In this document: in pieces, positions 10,510 to 21,200 of the stretch
Layout: each line of letters starts with the position of its first letter
Numbering within the stretch: position 1 is the stretch's first letter
From: a virus
Lineage: Duplodnaviria > Caudoviricetes
Direction: 5' to 3' (one strand)
Length of the DNA: 64,000 nt
IMG/VR virus record: IMGVR_UViG_3300033273_000282
Span: 128,001 to 192,000 of that record
The notes under the pieces: model-generated
What the model saw: only the letters and a program-made list of their open reading frames with translations
Databases searched by the model: none
What the model was told of the DNA's origin: nothing
Translations under genes and position numbers: made by a program

Positions 10510-13500
10510 CTTAGAAGATCGTGAAGTTGGCTTAAATATTACTGACAAAAAATTATACGTCAATAACAATGGTACGATTGAGGAGGTGGCTAACGCCGAA
10601 CCCAATCCTGCTAGTGTTACTACGGCGATGCTTGCCACGGACATTACTAATGGTCCTGGGGCAACTTGGTTTGTCGCTCAAAATGGTACTGATGTAACCA
10701 CCCTAGGTGGTGGTGGAGCAAACGGTAAACACCCTGATACTCCATTCCTAACTGTTGCTAAGGCTTTGAGCGTTGCTCAGCCTGGTGATTCTATTGAGAT
10801 TGCTGCTGGTTCATATGTAGAGACCTTTCCTCTTACCATTCCTGATGGGGTTCATGTTAGGGGTTCTGGTATTCGCCAAACAGAAATTAAACCATCTGGC
10901 GGCACAAATGATCTGAACGCATTCGTCCTTAACGGTGATGTCACTGTTGAGGATCTTACTATTCGTGACTTTTTCTACAACAGCACGAATGACACTGGTT
11001 ATGGTTTTGTATGTGCTAATAATTGGAACTCCGAGAGAAGCGCATACATTCAAAGAGTCACTATCCTCAACAAAGGTAGTGTAACTTCTGGCTCTGACCC
11101 ATATGGTTTCCAGCAAGGTGATGCTGGACGTGGTGCTAAGCTGGATGGTTCTATTGCTAACAGCGCTGGTATTGAAGCTGCTGTTCTTTTCAACGAATGT
11201 ACGTTCATCGTACCTAATTCCGTTGGTCTGTATCTGACTAATGGTATTCGTGTAGAGTGGCTTAACGGCTTCATCTACTTTGCTGATGAAGGTATTAAAG
11301 GTGTTCAGGGTGCCACTGGTGCGTTTGGTACTGGTAGAACACGTCTTAGACTTTCTGGTACCTCTGGTACATTTGCTGCTGGTGAAGAGATCTATCAACT
11401 GGAAGACCAATTCCAGTCTGGTACTTATTCGAGATCTGGTACCACAGTTACCATTACCAGAAATGCTCACGGTCTGGTAAATGGTGACCGTGTATACGCT
11501 GACTTTATTACTGGTACTGCTACTGACAATTTCTATGTCGTCGGTGGAGTTACCACAAATACATTTACTCTAACTGATAGCGCTTCTGGATCCACAAGCG
11601 GCAACGTAACTTATAAGAAAGCCGACGCTTACGGTTTAATTACTCTTAACGATGGTAGCTACATTTACCTGAGTGGTAAGGGTGAGGGTCAATTTACAAC
11701 CACCGTTGAGGGTGGTAAGACTGCTGTACCTAATGCTGATGCTCAGGCAGATAACTCTGTCAAGAAGTTTGGTACTGGATCTCTGTTACTTGATGGTACT
11801 GGCGACTACGTTAACTATGCTTCCGAAGCTGACTTTGGTTTCGGTACTGCTAACTTCTGCGTTGAGACTTGGATCTACGCAAACGCTCTTTCTGGCACTC
11901 AGACTCTGCTTGACTTTAGAGGATCTGCTGCCGACATTGCTCCAACTCTGAGACTTAATGGTGGAACCGTTGAGTACGCTGTTGGCGGCACAACTCAGAT
12001 TTCTGGTGGCTCTCTTACCACTGGTACCTGGGTACATATCGCCGTTGCTAGATTCAACGGATCTACAAAACTCTTTGTTGCTGGTAACCAAGTAGGTTCT
12101 ACCTATACCGATACTAACAACTATGGTGCTGAGAAAGGACTGAAGATTGGTGCTCAGTATGACAACAGCACTAATTATAATGGTCACCTTGATGAAATCA
12201 GAGTAAGTAAGGGTACTGCTCGTTTCACTGGTAATTTTACTCCATCTTCTGCTGAGTACGGAACTGACATCTTTACAGTTCTGCTGCTCCACTTCAATGC
12301 CAATGATGGCGCTACAATCTTCATAGACTCTGGTTCTGCCATTAAGGACATCCGTTCTAATGGTGGCGACTCGGCTACTGGCATTGCTCTGGTTGACTAC
12401 AACCAGTTTGGCGCTGAACTTAGATCGATTGCTTCGGCAAACGTTTATGGTAATAAGGGTGTTGTTGCTGATGGCAACGGTGTAAAACTCCTTCTTACTG
12501 CTCACAACTTTGCTTATATTGGTGCTGGACAAGACTTCACCAATGATGGTTCTCTCGCTGCTCAGAGCAACGAAGTAGAAGAACTGAATGGTGGTCGTGT
12601 CTTCTACTCCTCTACTGACCAGAAAGGTGACTTCCGTGTAGGTAACGTCTTCCTGGTTGACCAGGAAACTGGTAACGTTAATTTTAGTTCTACCTCTACC
12701 TCTCAGGAAGCCGCTAGCATCACCCTGTCTGATGTTACTGGTACTACAAATATCTTCCCAGCGTATATTGAAACTGGGAACCTGCGTCTTGCTGGCAACA
12801 CGGTCTCCACTACGAGTGGTGATATTATCTTTGATCCCGCTGGTAACCAGGACGTTATATACAATGCTGAAGTCGTCTTCACTGAAGGTGTCTACTACGA
12901 TCAACCAAAATCCGCTAACTTTAAGACTGATGTCCCTGGTAACTTAGGTTTCTATGAGGGTCAGAATCAAAGACGTGGTGGATTTAATGGTTACGGTGTA
13001 CAATCTGACACCAACTTCTACTTAACCAAAGAACAAGTCACTACAGTTACTGTAGATACTGAAGGTGATGGATACACTGGCGGCGCGGCAACAATTGATG
13101 CCGATACTAACCCTCCAGTAGTATGTACCGCTACCCTGACACTGGATCTTCAGGACGGTGCTCTCAAGGAGATCAACGTTACCGCAGGGGGTGACAACTA
13201 TGTCTCTGATCCTACGGTTGGGTTTAGTGCTCCACAAGATGCTGGTGGATCTACTCCTTCTGTTTCTGCTGTTCTTTTCAGCTATGGTGACGTTCAGGCA
13301 ATCACTGTAGATGATGGTGGTGCTGGTTATGCTGCTGCCCCAGGTCTTGTTATTGACGCTCCTGGTGGTATCTCTTTCGATACTGAATCGGACATTTCTG
13401 GAAATGCCATTCAGTCGGCTAACCACCCGATGCGAAATGGTGATCGCGTTGTTTATAGTCAGAATCAAGGTGCCGAAAATATCGGTCTTACCGATGGCAC

Positions 13501-16500
13501 AACATACTTTGTTGTTAACGCTGTTAACGACTCGATTGGTGCTGGTGTAAGTTTCCAACTTTCTGCTACCCAAGGTGGCGCTGTTATTCCTCTGACTGCC
13601 TCTGCTTCTGGTAGTGGAGAGTCTCAAGCAATCAATGGTGTACAAGCCACCGCAACTTGTACTTTGTCGGGTGATGCTATTGCTAGCGTTACCATCACCG
13701 AACCTGGATCTTTGTATGACAGAGGTGCTGGTGTTTCTGTCCAAGAAGATGGATCGCAGTCTCCAACAACCGCTGCTACTCTGACAGTTTATATTGGGTC
13801 TCCTCTCTCTGGATTTATCATCAATAGCAGAGGTAGTGGATATAATGCTGCTCCAACAGTAAGCTTTACCAATGCTGCCGTTGATACTTATGGTGCTGGT
13901 GCTGCTGCTACAACTACCATTGGATTCCCACTCGCCCAAGAACCTGCTGGTCTAACTGTAACTAACGCAGGTGCTGGTTATGCCTTTGCTCCTCAGTATA
14001 AACTGAGTGGTGGCAATCCTGTTACAGAAGCAGTTCTGTCACCAACCCTCGATAAGAAGAAAGGTAATATCAGTTCAGTTGGTATCACTGGTTTTGGTGT
14101 TGGATATTCGTCTGCTCCTACCGTAACATTCTATGGTGGCGCTGGTGACGGAGCCAGACTCACTGTTAATGTTCAATCCTTAGATGGTACCATCACTAAT
14201 GGTGGTACTGGATACGTTGCTGGTAAGTACCAGAGTGTAGAACTTGAATATGTTTCTGGTGGTAGTGGTGCCCCTGCTAGCAATGCTACCGCAGACTTCA
14301 CTGTCGCTGGTTGGACTGGTAACGTCACCAATGCTGGTAGTGGTTATATTGACGGTCAGTATGACGGTCACGTTATGTACAACGTGCCTGCTGCTACTTA
14401 TACCGTAACGGTTATTACCAACCCTGGAGCTGCGCCACCAGATAACGTATATGTTATCAATGGTACTACCCAAGCTTCTCTTAACTTTGTTGAGGGTAAT
14501 ACTTATCGCTTTGATCAGTCTGATTCTTCCAACAGTGGTCATCCACTTCTCGCTGGTAGAGAAGATGGTGGAACCCTTTCTACTGATATTCTTGCCGTTA
14601 GTTATGGTACTCCTGGTGACGCAGGTGCCTTCACTGACATTATCGTAAAGCCAGGTACTGCTGGCGAAGTCCTTGATTATATCTGTAGCAACCATTCCAA
14701 CATGGGTGGCAGCGTTACCATTGGTACTGGTGCTGCTGGTAACTATGGTACTGGTCTTTCGGCAAATGTGACCGTCTCAGGCGGACAGATTACTGCTATT
14801 GAGTCTGCCGCTCAAGGTACTGACTACGCTGTTGGTGATACAGTTTCTGTCAATCCATATGCCATGGATACCAGTGGCGCTGGTAGTGGCTTTTTGTGGA
14901 CTCTTGCTGCTAATGACACAACTATTAGTGTCGTAGACAACATCAGTTTGACTGGTGGTCCATACGAAGTTGGCATGATTCTGTCGGTTGACGTACAGAA
15001 TGTCGGCGGCTCTGGTTCTAACTTTACCTATACTGTATCTAAAGCAGGTTTTGTAAAAGATGTTGACGTAGTTCAGGGTAGTGAAGGTTATGGATACACC
15101 GCAGGTGAAATTCTCTATCCAAGAATTGACCCAACCACAACAGGCAATGCTTTCCAACTCACTGTAGGTAGCACAACTACAACACCCGTTTGGGAATTTA
15201 CTCACGATGGTAGCATTGTAAACTCAGCATTTAATGTTGCTGGTACTAAGGACCCAACTTATGACCCAGGTACTCTGAGTCTCGGTTCTGGTGTTCCTAA
15301 GATTGTAATGGAGACCGAGTTTGGTAACATTACAACCGACGGTAACCTCACTGTTAAGGGCAATCTTACTCTTGGCGATGATGCTGCTGTTGACACAATT
15401 ACAGTTGCTGCTTCTACAACTGCTACTGGTGATACTACTCAGACTGGTGATTTCTCCCTGACAGGAGATATGACCATCGATGGTATCTTTACTCAGTCTG
15501 GTGGTGCTTCCTTCCTTGAGGAATTAACTGGTACCATTGCTGATGGTACTGCCGCTGCTCCTTCTCTGGCTCTTAACACCAGTCCCACCACTGGTTTGTT
15601 CTGGGCAGACACTGACATCATTGGAATTTCTAATGCTGGTGTTGAGACTGGCAGAATTGGTCCTGCTGCTTATGCCGTTGGAACTAGATTCCAAGTTGGT
15701 TCTAGTTCCATAACCGCATCTCCTCTCCTCGATGCTAACCCAGCAACTAACCTTGTAAGAATTGGTAGTTCTGCTAGTGGTCTTAGTATCAGTAGCACTG
15801 GACTCATTGAAGGTAATGGTACCGATGCTAATATTGGTATTACACTTCAACCAAAAGGTACAGGCAACGTTACTGTTGTTGGTGGTACTGATAAAGACTT
15901 TGTTCTGAACGATGGTACTTCTCTCGAACTGTTCAAGGTTGATTTAGATAGTGGTGACGCTAATCTTAAGGGTGGTCTGACTCTTAACAGCAGACTGGAG
16001 ATTAAAGATTACACACTCACTAACCAGTCTCTCGCTACTGCGTCCTTTGGCGAAGTCGTTTCGTTTGATACCAGTGGTACAGCAACTCTGTTTACCGATG
16101 GTAGTTTCACTAACGTCAACATTACCGCAACTGGTACTGGAAAAGGTACTGGTGGTCAGGTAGACGTTACTGTTGTCGGCGGTACTATCACTACCGTTGT
16201 TAAAGCCATTTCTGGATCTGCTGGTAGAGACTATGTTCTCGGGGATACAATTACAATTGACCCCGCTATTATCGGTACTGATCCTGCCCAGACAATCACC
16301 ATCACCGATGTTTCTGGTGCTGGTATTGACCTGAAACCACAGGCTCGTAAGAACGTTAGAATTAACGGTACAGGTACATTTGTCGTTCCCGTTGGTGGAA
16401 CAAATGATAGACCTGTCGCTGACGATCTCTACGTTGGTGGCATCAGATATAACACAACTACCTCTCAGTTTGAAGGATATAACGGCATTGACTTTGTATC

Positions 16501-17626
16501 TCTGGGTGGTGTTCGTGACGTTGACCAAGATACCTACATCCTTACTGAGGTAAGTCCTGGATCTGACGAGGATACCTTCGAGTTCTACAACGCTGGTTTT
16601 AACAGCCTGAGCATTGATGTTAATACCATCACGCTTAAGACTGCCAGAACAATGGACGTTGAGGGTACACTAACCCTTAATGGAACAACAGGTTTGGATA
16701 CGCTGGATGTTCAGCGTAAGTCTACTTCTATTGTCAAAGTAAGAACAACCAAGGATCTGGAGATCACTGGTGGTTTCTATCTCAAGAACCAGTTGGCTGC
16801 TGGTACCATTGCTAGCTTTGATGATGGTACTCTGGGTGCCTCTCCTGGATCCTTCAACAGCGCAGGTAATGTATATACTCCATCTCAAACATTTAGTGCT
16901 GTTGCTGGTGTATCTGAGTTTGCTGGATCTGGATCCACATTCGATGTTGTAACTAACGCTAGTGGTGGCATTACTAGCATCAGCATTGTTAGTGGCGGTT
17001 TTGTTTATGAGGTTGGTGAAATCATCACCATCCCAGGTGGTTTGCTTGGTGGTGGCGTTGGTTCTGATGTTACCTTCACTGTTGCTAGCATCAGCAACGC
17101 TGACGTTGCTCACGGTAAAGTTAGTGCTCTCCAGAGTGAACTTCGCTTTAACCTGAACGGCGACAAGCAATTCCTCAGCCTTGATTCTAATCTTACAGAA
17201 GCTCGACTTAAAGTCAACAGAGACTATGCCACTGGTGGGCAGAACTATCTGACAGTTCTGGACTCCACAGCAAAATTTGTTGAACTCAATGATGCCAGAG
17301 TGGAGGGTGGTGAGATTACCTCCTTCTCCACAACCGTAACTATCACCCAGTTTGAGAAGACTCAGTATAAGGGTGCTAAGACTTTGATCACTCTTGAGAG
17401 TGATGATGGTAAGGTACACATGTTTGAAGTAACAACCATCTGTGCCGCTAGTGGGACTGTGGCTCACGCTACCGTCACAAACTCCATCACATCCGACAAT
17501 GATTTGATGGATGCTTCAGTATCGGTTGCTGGCAACAACGTCCAGATTTCCTTGGCAAAATCGTCGCAGGCAACCTCTTCTTCGACCTTTACAGGTAGAT
17601 ATACAACTACCAAGGTCAAGGTATAA
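10448..17626 (+). CDS. Giant tail-fibre-like protein (2392 aa): beta-helix, LamG domain, GxGY..P repeats, cupredoxin-like domain
   Basis: Fibre N-terminus MATRIKLKSS..VP...L..E.GLN; PFLTVAKAL..G.Y.E beta-helix start; LamG motifs FCVETWIY, WVHIAVAR, GHLDEIRVSKG (about 11762-12300); IRYNTTTSQFEGY motif. Confidence 0.8.
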   Translation: MATRIKLKSSVTASQVPTTSDLEDREVGLNITDKKLYVNNNGTIEEVANAEPNPASVTTAMLATDITNGPGATWFVAQNGTDVTTLGGGGANGKHPDTPFLTVAKALSVAQPGDSIEIAAGSYVETFPLTIPDGVHVRGSGIRQTEIKPSGGTNDLNAFVLNGDVTVEDLTIRDFFYNSTNDTGYGFVCANNWNSERSAYIQRVTILNKGSVTSGSDPYGFQQGDAGRGAKLDGSIANSAGIEAAVLFNECTFIVPNSVGLYLTNGIRVEWLNGFIYFADEGIKGVQGATGAFGTGRTRLRLSGTSGTFAAGEEIYQLEDQFQSGTYSRSGTTVTITRNAHGLVNGDRVYADFITGTATDNFYVVGGVTTNTFTLTDSASGSTSGNVTYKKADAYGLITLNDGSYIYLSGKGEGQFTTTVEGGKTAVPNADAQADNSVKKFGTGSLLLDGTGDYVNYASEADFGFGTANFCVETWIYANALSGTQTLLDFRGSAADIAPTLRLNGGTVEYAVGGTTQISGGSLTTGTWVHIAVARFNGSTKLFVAGNQVGSTYTDTNNYGAEKGLKIGAQYDNSTNYNGHLDEIRVSKGTARFTGNFTPSSAEYGTDIFTVLLLHFNANDGATIFIDSGSAIKDIRSNGGDSATGIALVDYNQFGAELRSIASANVYGNKGVVADGNGVKLLLTAHNFAYIGAGQDFTNDGSLAAQSNEVEELNGGRVFYSSTDQKGDFRVGNVFLVDQETGNVNFSSTSTSQEAASITLSDVTGTTNIFPAYIETGNLRLAGNTVSTTSGDIIFDPAGNQDVIYNAEVVFTEGVYYDQPKSANFKTDVPGNLGFYEGQNQRRGGFNGYGVQSDTNFYLTKEQVTTVTVDTEGDGYTGGAATIDADTNPPVVCTATLTLDLQDGALKEINVTAGGDNYVSDPTVGFSAPQDAGGSTPSVSAVLFSYGDVQAITVDDGGAGYAAAPGLVIDAPGGISFDTESDISGNAIQSANHPMRNGDRVVYSQNQGAENIGLTDGTTYFVVNAVNDSIGAGVSFQLSATQGGAVIPLTASASGSGESQAINGVQATATCTLSGDAIASVTITEPGSLYDRGAGVSVQEDGSQSPTTAATLTVYIGSPLSGFIINSRGSGYNAAPTVSFTNAAVDTYGAGAAATTTIGFPLAQEPAGLTVTNAGAGYAFAPQYKLSGGNPVTEAVLSPTLDKKKGNISSVGITGFGVGYSSAPTVTFYGGAGDGARLTVNVQSLDGTITNGGTGYVAGKYQSVELEYVSGGSGAPASNATADFTVAGWTGNVTNAGSGYIDGQYDGHVMYNVPAATYTVTVITNPGAAPPDNVYVINGTTQASLNFVEGNTYRFDQSDSSNSGHPLLAGREDGGTLSTDILAVSYGTPGDAGAFTDIIVKPGTAGEVLDYICSNHSNMGGSVTIGTGAAGNYGTGLSANVTVSGGQITAIESAAQGTDYAVGDTVSVNPYAMDTSGAGSGFLWTLAANDTTISVVDNISLTGGPYEVGMILSVDVQNVGGSGSNFTYTVSKAGFVKDVDVVQGSEGYGYTAGEILYPRIDPTTTGNAFQLTVGSTTTTPVWEFTHDGSIVNSAFNVAGTKDPTYDPGTLSLGSGVPKIVMETEFGNITTDGNLTVKGNLTLGDDAAVDTITVAASTTATGDTTQTGDFSLTGDMTIDGIFTQSGGASFLEELTGTIADGTAAAPSLALNTSPTTGLFWADTDIIGISNAGVETGRIGPAAYAVGTRFQVGSSSITASPLLDANPATNLVRIGSSASGLSISSTGLIEGNGTDANIGITLQPKGTGNVTVVGGTDKDFVLNDGTSLELFKVDLDSGDANLKGGLTLNSRLEIKDYTLTNQSLATASFGEVVSFDTSGTATLFTDGSFTNVNITATGTGKGTGGQVDVTVVGGTITTVVKAISGSAGRDYVLGDTITIDPAIIGTDPAQTITITDVSGAGIDLKPQARKNVRINGTGTFVVPVGGTNDRPVADDLYVGGIRYNTTTSQFEGYNGIDFVSLGGVRDVDQDTYILTEVSPGSDEDTFEFYNAGFNSLSIDVNTITLKTARTMDVEGTLTLNGTTGLDTLDVQRKSTSIVKVRTTKDLEITGGFYLKNQLAAGTIASFDDGTLGASPGSFNSAGNVYTPSQTFSAVAGVSEFAGSGSTFDVVTNASGGITSISIVSGGFVYEVGEIITIPGGLLGGGVGSDVTFTVASISNADVAHGKVSALQSELRFNLNGDKQFLSLDSNLTEARLKVNRDYATGGQNYLTVLDSTAKFVELNDARVEGGEITSFSTTVTITQFEKTQYKGAKTLITLESDDGKVHMFEVTTICAASGTVAHATVTNSITSDNDLMDASVSVAGNNVQISLAKSSQATSSSTFTGRYTTTKVKV

Positions 17627-17629
17627 ATA
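17622..17629 (+). promoter_or_regulatory. T4 late promoter TATAAATA
   Basis: Exact consensus overlapping the upstream stop codon, 20 nt before the ATG at 17650. Confidence 0.75.
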
Positions 17630-17649
17630 ACGAAAGGTAACCTAAAACA

Positions 17650-18186
17650 ATGGCGATTAAGAACTTTTCATCGGTAGGGGGGTTTGCCGTAGGCTCAACT
17701 GAGGTGCTCAACACCGAGTTTGAACTTAAAAATATCTCAGCCATCCACATGGTTAGTGATAATTTTAGCGATGCTACAAATGACTTGTACATTGCTAAAA
17801 GGACAACCGACCCCTCGAATACAGTTCTTCGTTTGAGCCTTGATGGTAGCACTAACATTGATACCAACACGCCAGCTTTGGGACACAATAGTGTGGCGTT
17901 TATTAAGTCTAAAATCTTTGGGCAAGAGCAAAATGACAACACCTATATCCTTGCGGGTATAGATGAGTCAGTGGTTACGGTTGATGCTAGTGGGGTCCCA
18001 ACACTTCAAGCAACTTATAAAACTGTTATTCACGAGCATCTGCCTGGTACGGAAACCTGGAGTTTTACTCCAGTAGCATTCCAAATTGGTGCTGCTGCTT
18101 ACTTCAGTTATGACGTTGAGACGGTAACTAATACCTCTACTGTAAAATGGCTTGCGATGATTGAAATCACTAATGTCACAACATAA
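17650..18186 (+). CDS. Hypothetical virion-associated protein (178 aa)
   Basis: Beta-rich ORF between two giant fibres, behind a late promoter. Confidence 0.65.
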   Translation: MAIKNFSSVGGFAVGSTEVLNTEFELKNISAIHMVSDNFSDATNDLYIAKRTTDPSNTVLRLSLDGSTNIDTNTPALGHNSVAFIKSKIFGQEQNDNTYILAGIDESVVTVDASGVPTLQATYKTVIHEHLPGTETWSFTPVAFQIGAAAYFSYDVETVTNTSTVKWLAMIEITNVTT

Positions 18187-18206
18187 AGACTTCGGAGTAT
18201 CCTTAG

Positions 18207-21200
18207 ATGAGCTTAAGCCTTAATTCTTCACAGCAAAGACTTGAGGGTAGCGGTCTAGTCCCCCAGGGTCCCTGGACTTCCGCTACTTATGGTAGAGCTA
18301 ATGGTATCGTCACTGTTACTTCCGTTGCTCACAGATTAAACGATGAAGAAAGAATCTATATCAAGTTTGGCGAAGACCAACTTTTGAGAACGATTCCTGC
18401 TGGTCAGCATGAAATCAATGTAGTTGACGACGATACATTTACCATTACTGGTACTGGGCAGAACTTTATTGAGGCTGCTACTGCTTGTTCTTATCGTCTG
18501 GTAAGATCCTTTGTACTTAACGCCACCGACTCCATGGCGTTCACCGTTGGCACTGGAGCCAACGAAGATGATGCTGTCTTCATTAACAAAGGTCCTACTG
18601 GAAACATCCGTGTTGGTATTAACAACACTAACCCTGAGTTTGACCTCGACGTTGAAGGTCAGATCAGAACCACTCGATCCATCATTTCTGATACAGCGCA
18701 AATCAGAAACCTGGATGTTACCAACGAGTTTGTAACCAAGGGTCTGGATCTGCGTGGTCCTAACCTTATTAACTTTGAGGAAACTGATCCTACCGCTAGT
18801 GACTTCGGTACGATCTACTATCCTACTGCTGACAACCCTCCACGTCAGACACAGAATAATAGAATTGCTACAACCAAGTTCGTATATGACGTTGCTACTG
18901 CCGATAACGGCGGTCGTGTATACGTATCTTCGGTCCCTGGTATTGGTGATGACGAGAACGATGGTCGTTCCGCCGCTAAGCCAGTTCGTACTATTAAGAA
19001 GGCAGCACAGATTGCCTACTCCCTCCAGCAGGACACTGAAGTACCTGAGTACGTGTCCATCATTGTATCGGGTGGTGACTATGTTGAAGACAACCCAATC
19101 TCGCTGCCTTACAACTGCTCGCTGATTGGTGATAACCTTCGTCGTGTTATCCTGCGTCCTCTGAACCAGGATCGCCACATGATCAAGGCGTCCAACGAGA
19201 CGTATGCTGCTGGCGTTGTTTTCAGAGATCACCTCGACAACACTGGAACTCCAGACTGGACCTGGAAGTACGCTTACGTATTTGACGACAAACAGCGTCT
19301 GTACTACGAGCCTGAAATTGCTCCATTCTCCTTCTCTCCTGGTCTTGAGAACCAAGGTCGTAACCTTTTTGCTATCACCTTTGAGAACCATACTGGTGAT
19401 AACACAACCCTTCTCGTCGGTTATGCCGTTGAGGGTGGTTCTTCGTCCTCTAGAGGTATCATTGAATCTGTAGTATTCACTGGTCCCAATGCTTCTCCAT
19501 ATTCTTCTGGTACCATTCAGGTATTGATGAGTGACGATCAGTCAACATTCCTGTTGGCTGAAAAACTATACTATGCTGACATCTACGCCAACATCGTTAA
19601 GACAGGTGCTTCCCCATCTGACTCTCTTGACGTTGCTGACCGTGAATCTCAGAGACCAGAAACTGAGGTTATCAAGCACCAGAGATATCAGCACGTTATT
19701 AGTTCTGAGACTGAGACTCTGCGCTTTGATGGTACAGATCTTAATAATGTCATTGATACTACTGACAACAGAATTACAATCCCACTCCACAGATTGTATA
19801 CTGGTGCCAAGGTAATCTATAAAGTTCAGAATGAAGACGGCGCTCCCGTTGAGGGTCTGACTGATAACACCACTTACTTTGTTCGTGTTATCAATGACAA
19901 TACTATCGAGTTGTATGATACTTGGCTGGATGCTACAAGTCTCCAGACTACAACTGGTATTAGAAACCTGAGTGATGAAGGTAGTGGCGATGAGCACACC
20001 CTGTTCACATGTAGGGTTTCGGTCAACGACGACACTATCTACTTCCCCAACCATGGTCTGTTTACGGGCAATGGTATTTACTACCGTGCTTCTAAGGCAG
20101 GCGGTATTGGTGGTCTTAATGACAACTCTCTGATCTTTGTCTATAGAGTAGACAGCCATCACTTTAAGCTTGCTAATACTCAGGCAGATGCTACCAATAA
20201 GAACATTTCTGGTGAAGATGCTCCAGTAATTCTGCCTCTGACTTCTGAGGGTATTGGTTATCAGCGCTTTGAGAAAGCAATCAACGTTGTTGACATCTCT
20301 AGCGTAACTACTGACGTTGCTACTCAGCAAGCATACAACGGTATCATCTATGAAGTCACTGCGGCTTCTAGAGTTATTGAAGGTATTAACTTCGTTGGTC
20401 ATGACTATGAAGTCGGTCAAGAAGTACAAATCTATGGTCTTCCTTACACCGCACTGAGTTTCGGTAGCGGTGCTAGTGCTACCTATACTCAAACAGCAAA
20501 CCTGATTACAGTTACGGTCTCCAATACAGACCCAACTGTAATGAACGTTCTTTGGCCAAACCTCAAGACCCTTGGTCCTGTTGGTGGTAAGGGCGTTGGT
20601 GTTCGCATGGTCTTTGACGATGCTGGTAACACTGGACATATCAATAAGTCTTTCCACATCGCCACGTATCAAGACGGTACACTGGCTCAAACCCAGTCCG
20701 ATTTTAATGCTTATCTGGGCAGCCCATCTAACCTGGGCGCTGGTGTTGCTAGATATAATTCTTCTACTAATGAGGTTTACTTCCTCCTTAGAGCAGTAGA
20801 CTCTGCTACCAGAAGTGGTACAGTAACTGTCTTCGACAACCTTGGCGACTTCAATGGTCGTAAGTACGTTACTCATCGTATTGAGCGTGCTGACGGCTAC
20901 TCTGTTAAGTTCGTAACTAGAGGTTCTTGCTCTAGAATTGCTACGGCTCTTGACCCATCTGGTGACCAGCAGGTTTGTTCTGCTACCAACTATGCTTTGA
21001 TGTCGCTGAGGAACTCTCCTTATGCGTTCGATAAAGTAGAGTTTGGCGCTAACGTCCAAGAATCTGCTAAGCAAAGAGACGCTGCTGAGACAATCAACAA
21101 TAACCTCAGCTTCATTGCTGAGGAATCTTACGCTTATGTTAAGTCCCAGTACAACGCTGGTACTAACACAAGTTTCTCCAGAACTGGTACATACACCTGC

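Noticed and set aside
18187-18200. cTTCGg just upstream of the 3633-aa gene as a terminator or regulatory hairpin
   Set aside because: The stem does not extend beyond one C-G pair and there is no U tract; GGAG here is best read as the SD.
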